From the NCBI GenBank assembly GCA_002254335.1, contig NIVA01000001.1, positions 1 to 46,193 on the forward strand: a stretch of DNA of 46,193 nucleotides, given 5' to 3'. A model generated the notes under the pieces. It did no database searches. It was not told the DNA's origin and saw only the letters and a list, made by a program, of their open reading frames with translations. The position numbers were made by a program, and so were the translations under genes. How positions within the stretch are numbered: the stretch's first letter is position 1; every line of letters begins with the position of its first letter. Below, one piece after another: positions 1 through 8,231 of the stretch. The DNA is from Bacteroidetes bacterium 4572_114. GTDB taxonomy: Bacteria > Bacteroidota > Bacteroidia > Bacteroidales > 4484-276.

Positions 1-369
1 TTGTGATAATCCTGCCGGGACATTAATGTTGACGTAATTGTCCCCGGCGTTAACGGGCGTGTCCAGAAATATCTGATCATGTCCATCATCCCAGTCTCCG
101 TTTCCATCAAAGTCGATCCAGGCATTAAGGTATCCTGGTGTAGAAGCAATAACCGTAATACTGGCCATACTTCCTGATATTAAACCCGAATCAAAGATGA
201 TACCGTCCTCATCGGCAAAATTGTCCAGGTCATCCCCGGTAGCGTCAGGCGATTGCCACGCATCGGCCTCGGCATCTATCAGGTACCCTAAAATTGTGAG
301 GCCATCAACAATATGCCTGGCACCATCATTTGCCGAAAGTGTTTGATATGCAGGATCAGGGGCATTTTT
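1..369 (-). pseudogene. 5'-truncated fragment of a gene encoding a GEVED-type domain; the 3' end runs off the window
   Basis: Absent from the ORF track because there is no stop inside the window. Manual minus-strand translation gives APDPAYQTLSANDGARHIVDGLTILGYLIDAEADAWQSPDATGDDLDNFADEDGIIFDSGLISGSMASITVIASTPGYLNAWIDFDGNGDWDDGHDQIFLDTPVNAGDNYVNINVPAGLSQ. This fits the GEVED pattern (DAP..Y.T...GARH...LG...DAE.D...A.GDD...DEDG..F...L..G...GYLNAWIDFNGNGDW). The frame is closed upstream by TGA at 370-372. The only nearby ATG (371-373) is one base out of frame across an A6 run (365-370). No signal peptide or upstream domain is present. Confidence 0.55.
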
Positions 370-422
370 TCATAATTTTATTTTATTTAATTTTAATATA
401 TTGTGTATTTGATTTTTAACTT

Positions 423-487
423 AAACTGTCTGACAGCTATTATTCCAAATGTTTGCTTTTTTAATCATGAGTTCGGTCTAAAAAGCC
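423..487. repeat. Nested-palindrome intergenic element, copy A (partial: right arm plus flank module)
   Basis: aaactgtctgacagctattattccaaatgtttgc... matches 2683-2730 and 38573-38620. gagttcggtctaaaaagcc (469-487) matches gagtccggtctaaaaagc at 2599-2616. An imperfect inverted partner, tttttgaccagactc, lies at about 591-606. Confidence 0.7.
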
Positions 488-636
488 ATATTTTGCCGCG
501 AATGCGCTAATAAACTCTTTTAATTAATCTTGTTATCACGTGTTTGAAAATAGTAAAATTTCGCTAATTTTTAAAAACTTCGTTTTTTGACCAGACTCAA
601 TCATTATTCTTTGTGACAAAATATTAGATCATGGAC

Positions 637-700
637 GATCATTGCATCATTGCATCATTGAAGCATTTTAGCATTCCATCATTGTCCCATCAATCATCAA
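637..700. repeat. 8-nt periodic tandem array (nnnCATTn units, about 8 units)
   Basis: gatcattg catcattg catcattg aagcattt tagcattc catcattg tcccatca atcatcaa. It overlaps the stop codon of the 690-2291 gene. The unit type is the same as at 9914-9993. Confidence 0.75.
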
Positions 701-2291
701 ATATGGTACGTCCCCCGCACCCACCTACGGCCCCGTGACGTTCGATGTATGCGTGGGCTGCATCGGTGCGCGATGAAACACGGAGCGATGCTGTTTCATA
801 AAGATAACAACCACCACGGCCGCCACTGCCTATTGCATTGGTGCCCGGCCAATAATTTTGGTTTGAGTTTCCGGCGCTACTTAAATTTCCATCGCCATGC
901 TGACCGGTAAAATTTCGCCCTGTTTGGTTTCCTATCGAAATTACCCGTTTCCAAACGTTACCGCTCAGCCCCATTACACCATAATATGACGCACCTGCAT
1001 TAGGGCGGGAACTACTGCCTGTGGCAAAAATGCCGACGCGGGCAGGGCCTTCGGGTGTAATTGGCGAATCGATGTGCAGTGCATTTCCTGTATTTCCTGT
1101 TGATGGGTTGCTTATATATTCGTTTGCCATGCCGGGGTTGGCCAATATATAATTCACATTATCAAGTTGAGTATTTCCCCAGGCATATTCATCGGCAACC
1201 GGGGTTTGGTCCCCTCGGCAGGCCTTTTCAAACTCCAGTTCTGTAATTGGGCGTAATGCCGCCCAGTCTAAAAATGCCGATACATCGGCCCAGTTGATCC
1301 AGTTACAGGCAATATGTTGACCATCACCGTTCTCCCCACCAATGCCGTTGCTGTTATAATCGCAATAAAAAGTAACCGGGACGTTGGCCGAAATTGTTGC
1401 ATCGCAGCGTATCCCGTTCCTGTCAACCATAATCTGGCCCCCGGACATAACAAACCGGTTACTGACATTGGTGATTGGGGAAGACAGATCGGTTGTGGTA
1501 CGGGTGTTTTGCTGGTTTCTGCTAATGCTGTTCAGAAAATCGACATACGCCTGTTGGGTTATGCTGTGTTTCATTATGGCAAACGCCCTGTACCCTTTTG
1601 GAAAACCGGCATCAAGTGTTTTGGTGGTTGTGGAATTAAAATCATCTACCACCCACATCCCATCGGTATTGTTGTTTCCCATATTATTATATGATGTACC
1701 GCCCAACGTAATTGCCCCCTCACTGGTAATTGGAAAAGGTACCGATTCATTATTTGCCCGGTGGAGTTGTCCGCGCACATTATTGCTAGTCCCGTCGCCA
1801 ACGGAAAAACTACCCTCAGGGATAAAGACCATTTCAATACCAAAAACATTGAAATCAACCTCTTCGTTGTCAGGGAGGCCATCTTCACCATAATCCCAGC
1901 GAAGTTTAATATCGGTAAGTGAAACTGTCCCGCTACCTGTGTTATCAGTATCCCGGTATATAAAAATACCTTTATTTATACCATCTGTTTCACCAATGTA
2001 GAAATCGAACCCTGACGGGATGGAATTTCCATCCTGGCCAAGTGTTGCATGTCCCCACTGAACATCAACATCGGTTGTCTTTTTGTATTTGATAAAAATC
2101 CAGGCGGCATCAAAATTATAAGGGGCACTGGTGGTGCGCCACGAATTTTCCCAACTTAGGTCGAATTGGACCATCACGTAGTTTTCAGCAGCATTTGCTT
2201 CCACAAGGGCGCAATTGCTGATTTGGATGTTATTGCCAACAAGTATTGTTGCAACCAATAATGTAAATTGTAAAGTAATAATTTTTTTCAT
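690..2291 (-). CDS. Secreted SUMF1/FGE-sulfatase-domain protein (formylglycine-generating-enzyme family fold)
   Basis: 533-aa ORF with N-terminal signal peptide MKKIITLQFTLLVATILVG. The C-terminal half carries FGE-family motifs: LRPITELEFEKACRG...YAWGN, YYGVMGLSGNVWKRV and RGGCYLYE...RVSSR. Confidence 0.8.
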   Translation of the reverse strand: MKKIITLQFTLLVATILVGNNIQISNCALVEANAAENYVMVQFDLSWENSWRTTSAPYNFDAAWIFIKYKKTTDVDVQWGHATLGQDGNSIPSGFDFYIGETDGINKGIFIYRDTDNTGSGTVSLTDIKLRWDYGEDGLPDNEEVDFNVFGIEMVFIPEGSFSVGDGTSNNVRGQLHRANNESVPFPITSEGAITLGGTSYNNMGNNNTDGMWVVDDFNSTTTKTLDAGFPKGYRAFAIMKHSITQQAYVDFLNSISRNQQNTRTTTDLSSPITNVSNRFVMSGGQIMVDRNGIRCDATISANVPVTFYCDYNSNGIGGENGDGQHIACNWINWADVSAFLDWAALRPITELEFEKACRGDQTPVADEYAWGNTQLDNVNYILANPGMANEYISNPSTGNTGNALHIDSPITPEGPARVGIFATGSSSRPNAGASYYGVMGLSGNVWKRVISIGNQTGRNFTGQHGDGNLSSAGNSNQNYWPGTNAIGSGGRGGCYLYETASLRVSSRTDAAHAYIERHGAVGGCGGRTIFDD

Positions 2292-2598
2292 ATTGTTTCT
2301 TTTTAATGATAAATAAGTTAAAACAAAGATTCATTAATAATGTTAACCATCTTTAATTTTTTAATTTGCCCTATCATGCCTTACAAGCAACTTATGTGCT
2401 TTAATTTGCCTTACCAGGGAAGAATTTTTATTTGGTTTGATTAATATTCTGTTTTACTACAAATTACAACCACATTAGTTTAGAAAAAAGATATTGGGAT
2501 TTCTTATCAAATCATAACTGGGTGAATCCACCCAGGAGTTTTCACCCATATGGGCGTAATCCCGCATCGACCAAAATAAATTATCTGATAAGCTATTT

Positions 2599-2780
2599 GA
2601 GTCCGGTCTAAAAAGCTGTCAGACAGTTATCCTCTATATTACACACAGAAGCTAAAGTATTATCTGTCTGACTTTTAATCAAAACTGCCTGACAGCTATT
2701 CACCCAAATATTTACTTTATAGACTAAACTCTTACTTAGAAAACCCTGTCAAGCCTCAATCATGCTTACTAGACCGGGCT
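2599..2780. repeat. Nested-palindrome intergenic element, copy B (complete)
   Basis: Outer inverted repeat: gagtccggtcta (2599-2610) with tagaccgggct (2770-2780). Inner inverted repeat: agctgtcagacagtt (2614-2628) with aactgcctgacagct (2683-2697), separated by exactly 54 nt. It is followed by attcacccaaatatttactttatagactaaact, which is shared with copies A and C. Confidence 0.8.
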
Positions 2781-2951
2781 TATCAATTAAGCATTTGGCC
2801 CGATGGAAAGTAAGGAGTTTTGAAATAAAATATAAGGCACGGAAAAATTACGGTTGTTTTTGCAGTTTACTGAAGACTTGTCCTAAAATACAGTGATTCC
2901 GCATAAACTTATTGCCATAATTTTTTAAAAAATATAATTTTTATTATTTAT

Positions 2952-2969
2952 TGTTGTATGTTTACAACA
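2952..2969. promoter_or_regulatory. Candidate operator palindrome upstream of the XRE-family regulator
   Basis: Perfect 7-4-7 inverted repeat tgttgta-tgtt-tacaaca, about 48 nt upstream of the ATG at 3017. Confidence 0.35.
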
Positions 2970-3016
2970 TTATGTATTATCTTTACGTTACTAAATTCTA
3001 ATTAATAGAAATTATT

Positions 3017-3280
3017 ATGAAATCAAGAAAATTATACAACAGGATAGCGGTCCTTAGAAAAGAGAGAAATGTTTCGAGAAGAGACCTGGCCGAAATTATC
3101 GGCGTGAATTTTCAAACGGTCGGTTACCTTGAAAGGGAGGAGTACAATCCCAGCCTCGACCTGGCTTTTAAAATAAGTGAATATTTCGGGCTGCCCATTG
3201 AACTTATCTTTTCAGCCGAGCCTTTAAAACCATTGATTGAAGAAATTATAGAACTCAAAAATAAAATTGGAGGACAGTAA
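3017..3280 (+). CDS. XRE/Cro-C1-family helix-turn-helix transcriptional regulator (short YozG-like type)
   Basis: 87 aa. NRIAVLRKERNVSRRDLAEIIGVNFQTVGYLEREEYNPSLDLAFKISEYFGLPIELIF is a canonical HTH_XRE core. Confidence 0.9.
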   Translation: MKSRKLYNRIAVLRKERNVSRRDLAEIIGVNFQTVGYLEREEYNPSLDLAFKISEYFGLPIELIFSAEPLKPLIEEIIELKNKIGGQ

Positions 3281-3281
3281 A

Positions 3282-3710
3282 ATGAAACAAACAAATTCGA
3301 TGACGAGACAAAACAGGAAACTCTGGATAATTGTAAATTATCTGAGCATCATTTTAGTTTTAGGCTTTTTTTACATTGGTAAATACTACGATTTGCCTAC
3401 ATTGGCCTTAATTGGTGGAGCGGTCTCTTTAATACTGCTGATTTTTTCATTCGTTAAAGTTTTCATCAAAACACAACTTTGGAAACTGGCCCACACTTCT
3501 GATAAAAACCTTGACGAACGGCAATTGCAGGTTATTTTGAGTTCGCTGAGGTATTCTTACAGTGCTTTCACCATAATCACTTTGGCAATTATTTATGGTT
3601 TTGCCGTTGCAGGACAAGGGCCAATAGATGTTGTAGTTGCGGCATGCCTGCTATATTTTGCACATACACTGCCGGCGGCAATTGTGGGATGGAAAGAAAA
3701 AATTATTTAA
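3282..3710 (+). CDS. Small integral membrane protein (4 predicted TM helices), partner of the XRE regulator
   Basis: ATG at 3282 is preceded by ggagga and lies 1 nt after the regulator's stop. The track start at 3267 is a TTG inside the upstream gene. There are four hydrophobic stretches. The small XRE regulator plus membrane protein arrangement is a common pairing. Confidence 0.7.
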   Translation: MKQTNSMTRQNRKLWIIVNYLSIILVLGFFYIGKYYDLPTLALIGGAVSLILLIFSFVKVFIKTQLWKLAHTSDKNLDERQLQVILSSLRYSYSAFTIITLAIIYGFAVAGQGPIDVVVAACLLYFAHTLPAAIVGWKEKII

Positions 3711-3720
3711 TACCAGCATT

Positions 3721-4980
3721 ATGAAACTCAAAATCATTTTATTTATATTGTTTTCTGTATTGCTTACAAGTAATCAGATATTTCCATGTACCATATTTTA
3801 CGTAACTGATGGAAATAAAGTTCTTGCAGGGAGCAATGAGGATTGGAAAGACCCCTATTCAAAAATGTGGTTTTACCCACCTGAGGATGATAAACATGGC
3901 TGGATTAAATTCGGTTGGGGGAGTGGGTTTCCACAGGGTGGCATGAACGATCAGGGTCTGTTTTGGGATGCCACTGCCGGCCCATATCTGGCAATGCCAT
4001 TTTCTGAAACCCAAAAAGAAAAATATCCTGGCCCGCTTATGCAAAAAGTCATCCGGGAATGTGCAAATATTGAAGAAGCTTTAGAAGTCTTTGCCGGATA
4101 TTATTGTGAAGATCAATACAATGCCCAGTATCTTGTTGGTGATTCTACGGGCAACTCAATAATTGTTGAAGGTGATAACATAATTTCCATTGAGGGCAAT
4201 TACCAGGTACTTACCAATTTTTACCAATCCCACCCTGAATTGGGAGGATATCCCTGCCGTCGTTACGAAACTGCCCTCGAAATGTTGGGCTACAATTCTG
4301 ATTTAACAACATATTTCGTGGGGTCAATATTGGCCGCAACACATCAGGAAGGAAAATATCCCACCCAATATTCAAATATTTACGATCTGAAGGGTGGTTT
4401 AATATACCTGTTTCATTATCGTAATTATGAGGAATTTATAGCCATTGACCTGACAGAAGAATTAAAAAAAGGGCACAGGTCTTTCGACATACCGGGATTA
4501 TTCTCTAAGGTAAAAATGGTTTCTCCGGTAAATGGTGATGAGGTTGAACCGGCAATAGTTACATTCAGCTGGAAGGGGATTCCTGAAAACAGTTATGAAT
4601 TGATCTACTCAACTGATCCTGATTTTTCGGATTATCATTTAATATTGCCCAAAAATATACCCCTCGTTACAATCAACCATTCAGGTTTATTCTATATGCT
4701 ACCAGGTTTACTATTTCTGATTTTTGGCTGGATCAAAAGGAAAGATATTGTCTTTTTCTCCATAATCATCTTATTTGCAATTCTTTTCAGTAATCAGTGC
4801 AAAAAAGAAGAAGATACTTCCCCGGAAGGACAAGTCGCAACAATCACAAAAACTGTAAACAATCTTCTTCCAGGCACAACTTATTATTGGAAAGTTATTT
4901 CCCACCCAAATAATCAGGACAATTTTTATAGCGAAACACTTACCCGGTCTTTTAAAACTACTGACATTTTGGGCGGCTGA
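3721..4980 (+). CDS. Secreted Ntn-hydrolase-superfamily protein (C45/C59-like, N-terminal Cys nucleophile) with FN3-like C-terminal region
   Basis: Start reassigned to MKLKIILFILFSVLLTSNQIFP|CTIFYV, a signal peptide that exposes Cys. NEDW and GGMNDQGLFWDA resemble the choloylglycine hydrolase / acyl-CoA:6-APA acyltransferase families. The C-terminus has VTFSWKG...YELIYSTDPDF and LLPGTTYYWKV motifs. Confidence 0.65.
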   Translation: MKLKIILFILFSVLLTSNQIFPCTIFYVTDGNKVLAGSNEDWKDPYSKMWFYPPEDDKHGWIKFGWGSGFPQGGMNDQGLFWDATAGPYLAMPFSETQKEKYPGPLMQKVIRECANIEEALEVFAGYYCEDQYNAQYLVGDSTGNSIIVEGDNIISIEGNYQVLTNFYQSHPELGGYPCRRYETALEMLGYNSDLTTYFVGSILAATHQEGKYPTQYSNIYDLKGGLIYLFHYRNYEEFIAIDLTEELKKGHRSFDIPGLFSKVKMVSPVNGDEVEPAIVTFSWKGIPENSYELIYSTDPDFSDYHLILPKNIPLVTINHSGLFYMLPGLLFLIFGWIKRKDIVFFSIIILFAILFSNQCKKEEDTSPEGQVATITKTVNNLLPGTTYYWKVISHPNNQDNFYSETLTRSFKTTDILGG

Positions 4981-5035
4981 ACGGAGCCTGCCCGACTACG
5001 TCATTCAGGTGGGCTTTCCGTTTATAGTTGTCTCA
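4966..5035 (+). repeat. Split direct repeat, copy 1 (16 nt + 28-nt insert + 25 nt)
   Basis: attttgggcggctgaac (4966-4982) and gggctttccgtttatagttgtctca (5011-5035) recur at 11584-11599 and 11601-11625 with one mismatch. The first module overlaps the stop codon of the Ntn-hydrolase gene. Confidence 0.8.
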
Positions 5036-5395
5036 GGATCAATATTTCAAACTGCTGTGTCATTTTATGAATGCCGTGAGAGCAATTGCTGTTTCCTGCG
5101 TGGGCAATACTTGCTAAAATAAACATATTCGCCCCTACATTTTTCCCTGTACAAATCCTTTCGTTTATATAATAAGATCAATAAAAGCTTTACATTTACA
5201 TGAAGTTTATCTTGTAGCTCCCTAACTAAATAGCCAGATTCGGAACAGTTTACAAAATGGTGGCAAATATTGATCAGAGTACCGTATTTTGAAAAACAAA
5301 CAGAATTATAACACCATAGCCCTTCTTCTTACTTTTGCGTATCTGGTGTTTGCATAAAATAAATGTTGGGTAGCTCTTATTGGATGATAGCATAA

Positions 5396-5856
5396 TTAAC
5401 AGTTGATGCAAATATGCTTGTTATCCCGAATTAATACTTGAGTAGGCCCTAAGAGGGTTTCAGGGCGATGAAAGGTGAGTACTTCACGGGAGCGGGGCTC
5501 AGGGTCCTTGAAACCGGTAAATCTGGTTATTGCCCCTGTACTCTCAAAAACGAACCTCAACGTTTCATTCTCGAGGTATTTCAGCTTGCTTGTGGCGTAA
5601 TCGCCGGATTGTACCTCAACGGTGTAAGATGATGCCCTTCCTCTTCCCGTTTGGCCTCGATAACACCAACCGGTTGCCTGTTTAGGAAAAGAACATAATC
5701 TGCAAATCATGCATCAGTATGGTATTCCCTTACCGCAATCCCCGGGTTAAGAGAAAAGTCCAGGGTTTTCATATCCTGGATTTCCCACCTGGAAGCGATC
5801 AACTTCCGGTCTGTTTTTTCCCGGGCATTTTGTTCTGGAGTGAGTTTAGGAGTCAT
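5396..5856 (-). pseudogene. hsdR: Remnant of a type I restriction enzyme R subunit (HsdR N-terminal domain), disrupted and 3'-truncated
   Basis: Manual translation from ATG 5856 gives MTPKLTPEQNAREKTDRKLIASRWEIQDMKTLDFSLNPGIAVREYHTDA, then TGA at 5707-5709, then in the same frame FADYVLFLNRQPVGVIEAKREEEGHHLT. A 1-nt shift near 5620 follows, then VEVQSGDYATSKLKYLENETLRFVFESTGAITRFTGFKDPEPRSREVLTFHRPETLL. This matches the HsdR N-terminal pattern (ADYVLF..G..VGVIEAK, YESTG, DP.PRSR.VF.FHRPETL). No helicase motifs follow. Confidence 0.8.
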
Positions 5857-6088
5857 GATTTATTTTATGCGTTAAAGGTAAAAATATTTTTTAATGACTG
5901 CGGAACTTTAATAGTGAAAATAAAACCCGCCCCATTCTTCCTGTAAAACACTATCACTGCCGTTCTATATTTCCATTACCTTAAACCATTTCTAAATTAT
6001 ATTATTTCCAATGCCAGTTCATAGAAAAATATCAATTTTGCAGGTGATATAAAAAATTCAATCAAAAACCTAACAACAACATAACGTT

Positions 6089-7864
6089 ATGAGTGGAAAA
6101 ACCTTTGTAGAGAAAATTTTTGGCGCCGAGACCGGCAGCATTGTCTTTGCCAAACCCGACATCATCCTTACCCACGACAATACCGCCAGTATTGCCAATA
6201 CGTTTAAAAAAATGAATGGCGAAAAAGTGGCCGACCCGGATCAGCTGTTGATCGTTTTAGACCATAACGCCCCTCCCACTACTTCTAAGCTGGCCAACCA
6301 ATACCAGCAGGTTAGGGATATAGTGAAGGAGCAAAGCATTGGGAAATTCTATGATATTGGACGGGGCATTTGCCACCAAATCATGTCGTACCACGCCAAA
6401 CCGGGCATGATTATCGTTGGCAGCGACAGCCATACTTGTACTGCCGGGGCATTTAATGCTTTTGCTGCCGGTATCGACAGGACAGAATCAGCAGGGTTGT
6501 GGAAACAAGGCGAGACCTGGTTCAGGGTACCGGAAACCATCAAGATCACACTTCACGGCAAATTTCAGGAAGGTGTGTATGCAAAAGACCTTTCACTTTG
6601 GATTATCGGCATGATAGGTTCGAGCGGGGCAGATTATATGTCTATCGAATATCATGGTGATGGCGTGAAAAACCTCTCCATATCCCAGCGGATGACCATA
6701 GCCAACCTGGCCTCCGAGATGGGGGCAAAAAATGCCGTGTTCCCGGCAGATGAAGTTTTAGGGGAGTTTTTTGGTGAGGAATTTTTGGGCGTATGGGCCG
6801 ACCCTGACGCCAGATATGCCAAAGAAATTGAAATAAACTTAGATGAGCTTTTCCCGTTGGTTGCAGCACCACATCATGTTGATAATGTAAAAGCTCTTTC
6901 CGAAGTCCAGGGGACAAAAATTCAGCAGGCCATGGTGGGCACTTGTACAAACGGACGGTTAGAAGATTTGATTGAAGTGGCCAAAGTACTGAAAGGAAAA
7001 CAACTTCCGGCAGATGTACAAATGCTTGTCATCCCTGCGTCAAAAGAAATATACATGCAAGCGATGAAAGATGGCCTCATCGAAATTTTTATGGAAGCAG
7101 GGGCACAGGTATTGGCAACTTCGTGTGGCCCATGCCTCGGCACAGGACAGGGCATCCCCGCCGACGGGTACAACATTATCTCAACCGCAAACCGCAATTT
7201 CAAAGGGCGTATGGGAAATAAAGAGGCCAACATTTACCTGGCATCACCTGCTGCGGTTGCCGTGTCGGCACTAAAGGGTGAAATAACCGACCCACGTGGG
7301 ATCAATGCAAATGATAAATATCCATATACCATTGAACAAAGCTCGACTGTTGAAGTTAGCCAGGATGACAACCGTTACCATGAAGGCATTTGGGATTATA
7401 CCGATATAAATAACCTGAACACCGACCAGATGTTTGCCGGAAACCTGACCTACACCGTTTTGTCATCAGAGCCGGAAAAGATAATGCCCCATCTTTTCAA
7501 AGGTTTCGACGATAGTTTCCCTGACAAAGTTTCACAAGACGACATCATAATAGCAGGGGCCAACTTTGGTTGTGGTTCATCCAGGGAGCATCCGGCCGTG
7601 GGGCTTGCTTTTGCCGGTGTCAAGGCTGTGATATGCAAATCGGTGAACAGGATTTTTTATCGCTCATCGGTAAACCAGGGCCTGCCCATAATTATTTTAC
7701 CGGAAGCTGTGGATGCTTACGCTGACGGCGATCGTGTTGAAATTAATTTTGAAACAGGCGAAGTTACAATTGCAGATAAAACCTTCAAATTTGCACCTCT
7801 GCCAGATAAGCTGATGAAAATCTTTAATGCCAAGGGTTTGGTGAATTATATCAGGGAGATGTAG
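6089..7864 (+). CDS. Aconitase-family hydro-lyase with fused large (LeuC/HacA-like) and small (LeuD/HacB-like) domains
   Basis: 591 aa. Large-subunit motifs: GICHQ, VGSDSHTCTAGAFNAFAAGI, VGTCTNGRLEDL, CGPCLG, STANRNFKGRMG. These are followed by a linker and the small-subunit motif GANFGCGSSREHPA. Confidence 0.85.
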   Translation: MSGKTFVEKIFGAETGSIVFAKPDIILTHDNTASIANTFKKMNGEKVADPDQLLIVLDHNAPPTTSKLANQYQQVRDIVKEQSIGKFYDIGRGICHQIMSYHAKPGMIIVGSDSHTCTAGAFNAFAAGIDRTESAGLWKQGETWFRVPETIKITLHGKFQEGVYAKDLSLWIIGMIGSSGADYMSIEYHGDGVKNLSISQRMTIANLASEMGAKNAVFPADEVLGEFFGEEFLGVWADPDARYAKEIEINLDELFPLVAAPHHVDNVKALSEVQGTKIQQAMVGTCTNGRLEDLIEVAKVLKGKQLPADVQMLVIPASKEIYMQAMKDGLIEIFMEAGAQVLATSCGPCLGTGQGIPADGYNIISTANRNFKGRMGNKEANIYLASPAAVAVSALKGEITDPRGINANDKYPYTIEQSSTVEVSQDDNRYHEGIWDYTDINNLNTDQMFAGNLTYTVLSSEPEKIMPHLFKGFDDSFPDKVSQDDIIIAGANFGCGSSREHPAVGLAFAGVKAVICKSVNRIFYRSSVNQGLPIIILPEAVDAYADGDRVEINFETGEVTIADKTFKFAPLPDKLMKIFNAKGLVNYIREM

Positions 7865-7908
7865 GTAGCTATTGAAATCAATGTGTGGGCCTCAAAAATA
7901 AAAAATCG

Positions 7909-7916
7909 TACTTTTG
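7909..7916 (+). promoter_or_regulatory. Bacteroidota-type -7 promoter box (TAnnTTTG)
   Basis: tacttttg lies 16 nt upstream of the ATG at 7932. It overlaps the TTG that the ORF track used as the start (7914). Confidence 0.4.
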
Positions 7917-7931
7917 CATAAAATTTATAAC

Positions 7932-8231
7932 ATGATCGATTCTAATCAGATATTATTATATTTATCCTCAAACAAGGATCGTTTTAAAAAGGAATATCAT
8001 TTGATTAAAATTGGTGTCTTTGGCTCAATTGCAAGGGGTGAGCAAAATGATAAAAGTGACATCGACCTGATCGTTGATTTCGAAGATAACACTCCTGATT
8101 TATATTCGATTAAACAAAAATTGAAAAATGAAATTCAATCCAAATTTAACCTACCTGTAGATATTTGTAGGGGGAAATACATTAAACCTATTTTTAGAAA
8201 CCAAATTCTCACAGAGGTTATATATGCCTAA
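7932..8231 (+). CDS. Minimal nucleotidyltransferase (MNT/MntA-type antitoxin of a type VII HEPN-MNT pair)
   Basis: GVFGSIARGEQNDKSDIDLIVDF is the GS-X-D-X-D NTase signature. It overlaps the downstream HEPN ORF by 8 nt (ATGCCTAA). Confidence 0.85.
   Translation: MIDSNQILLYLSSNKDRFKKEYHLIKIGVFGSIARGEQNDKSDIDLIVDFEDNTPDLYSIKQKLKNEIQSKFNLPVDICRGKYIKPIFRNQILTEVIYA

Noticed and set aside
5330-5337. An orphan TAnnTTTG box (tacttttg) on the plus strand has no downstream ORF.
   Set aside because: This degenerate 8-mer is expected by chance several times per strand in 46 kb of AT-rich DNA. Only boxes correctly placed upstream of genes were kept, and even those at low confidence.
5719-5946. A 75-aa plus-strand ORF lies opposite the hsdR remnant.
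   Set aside because: It is antisense to sequence with clear HsdR homology and has no motifs of its own.
7914-7931. Several track ORFs have upstream start extensions: 7914 TTG, 3267 TTG, 3637 ATG, 8629 TTG, 34918 ATG, 21997 and 32348.
   Set aside because: The extensions overlap promoter boxes or neighbouring genes and precede obvious signal peptides or conserved N-termini. The downstream ATGs fit better.
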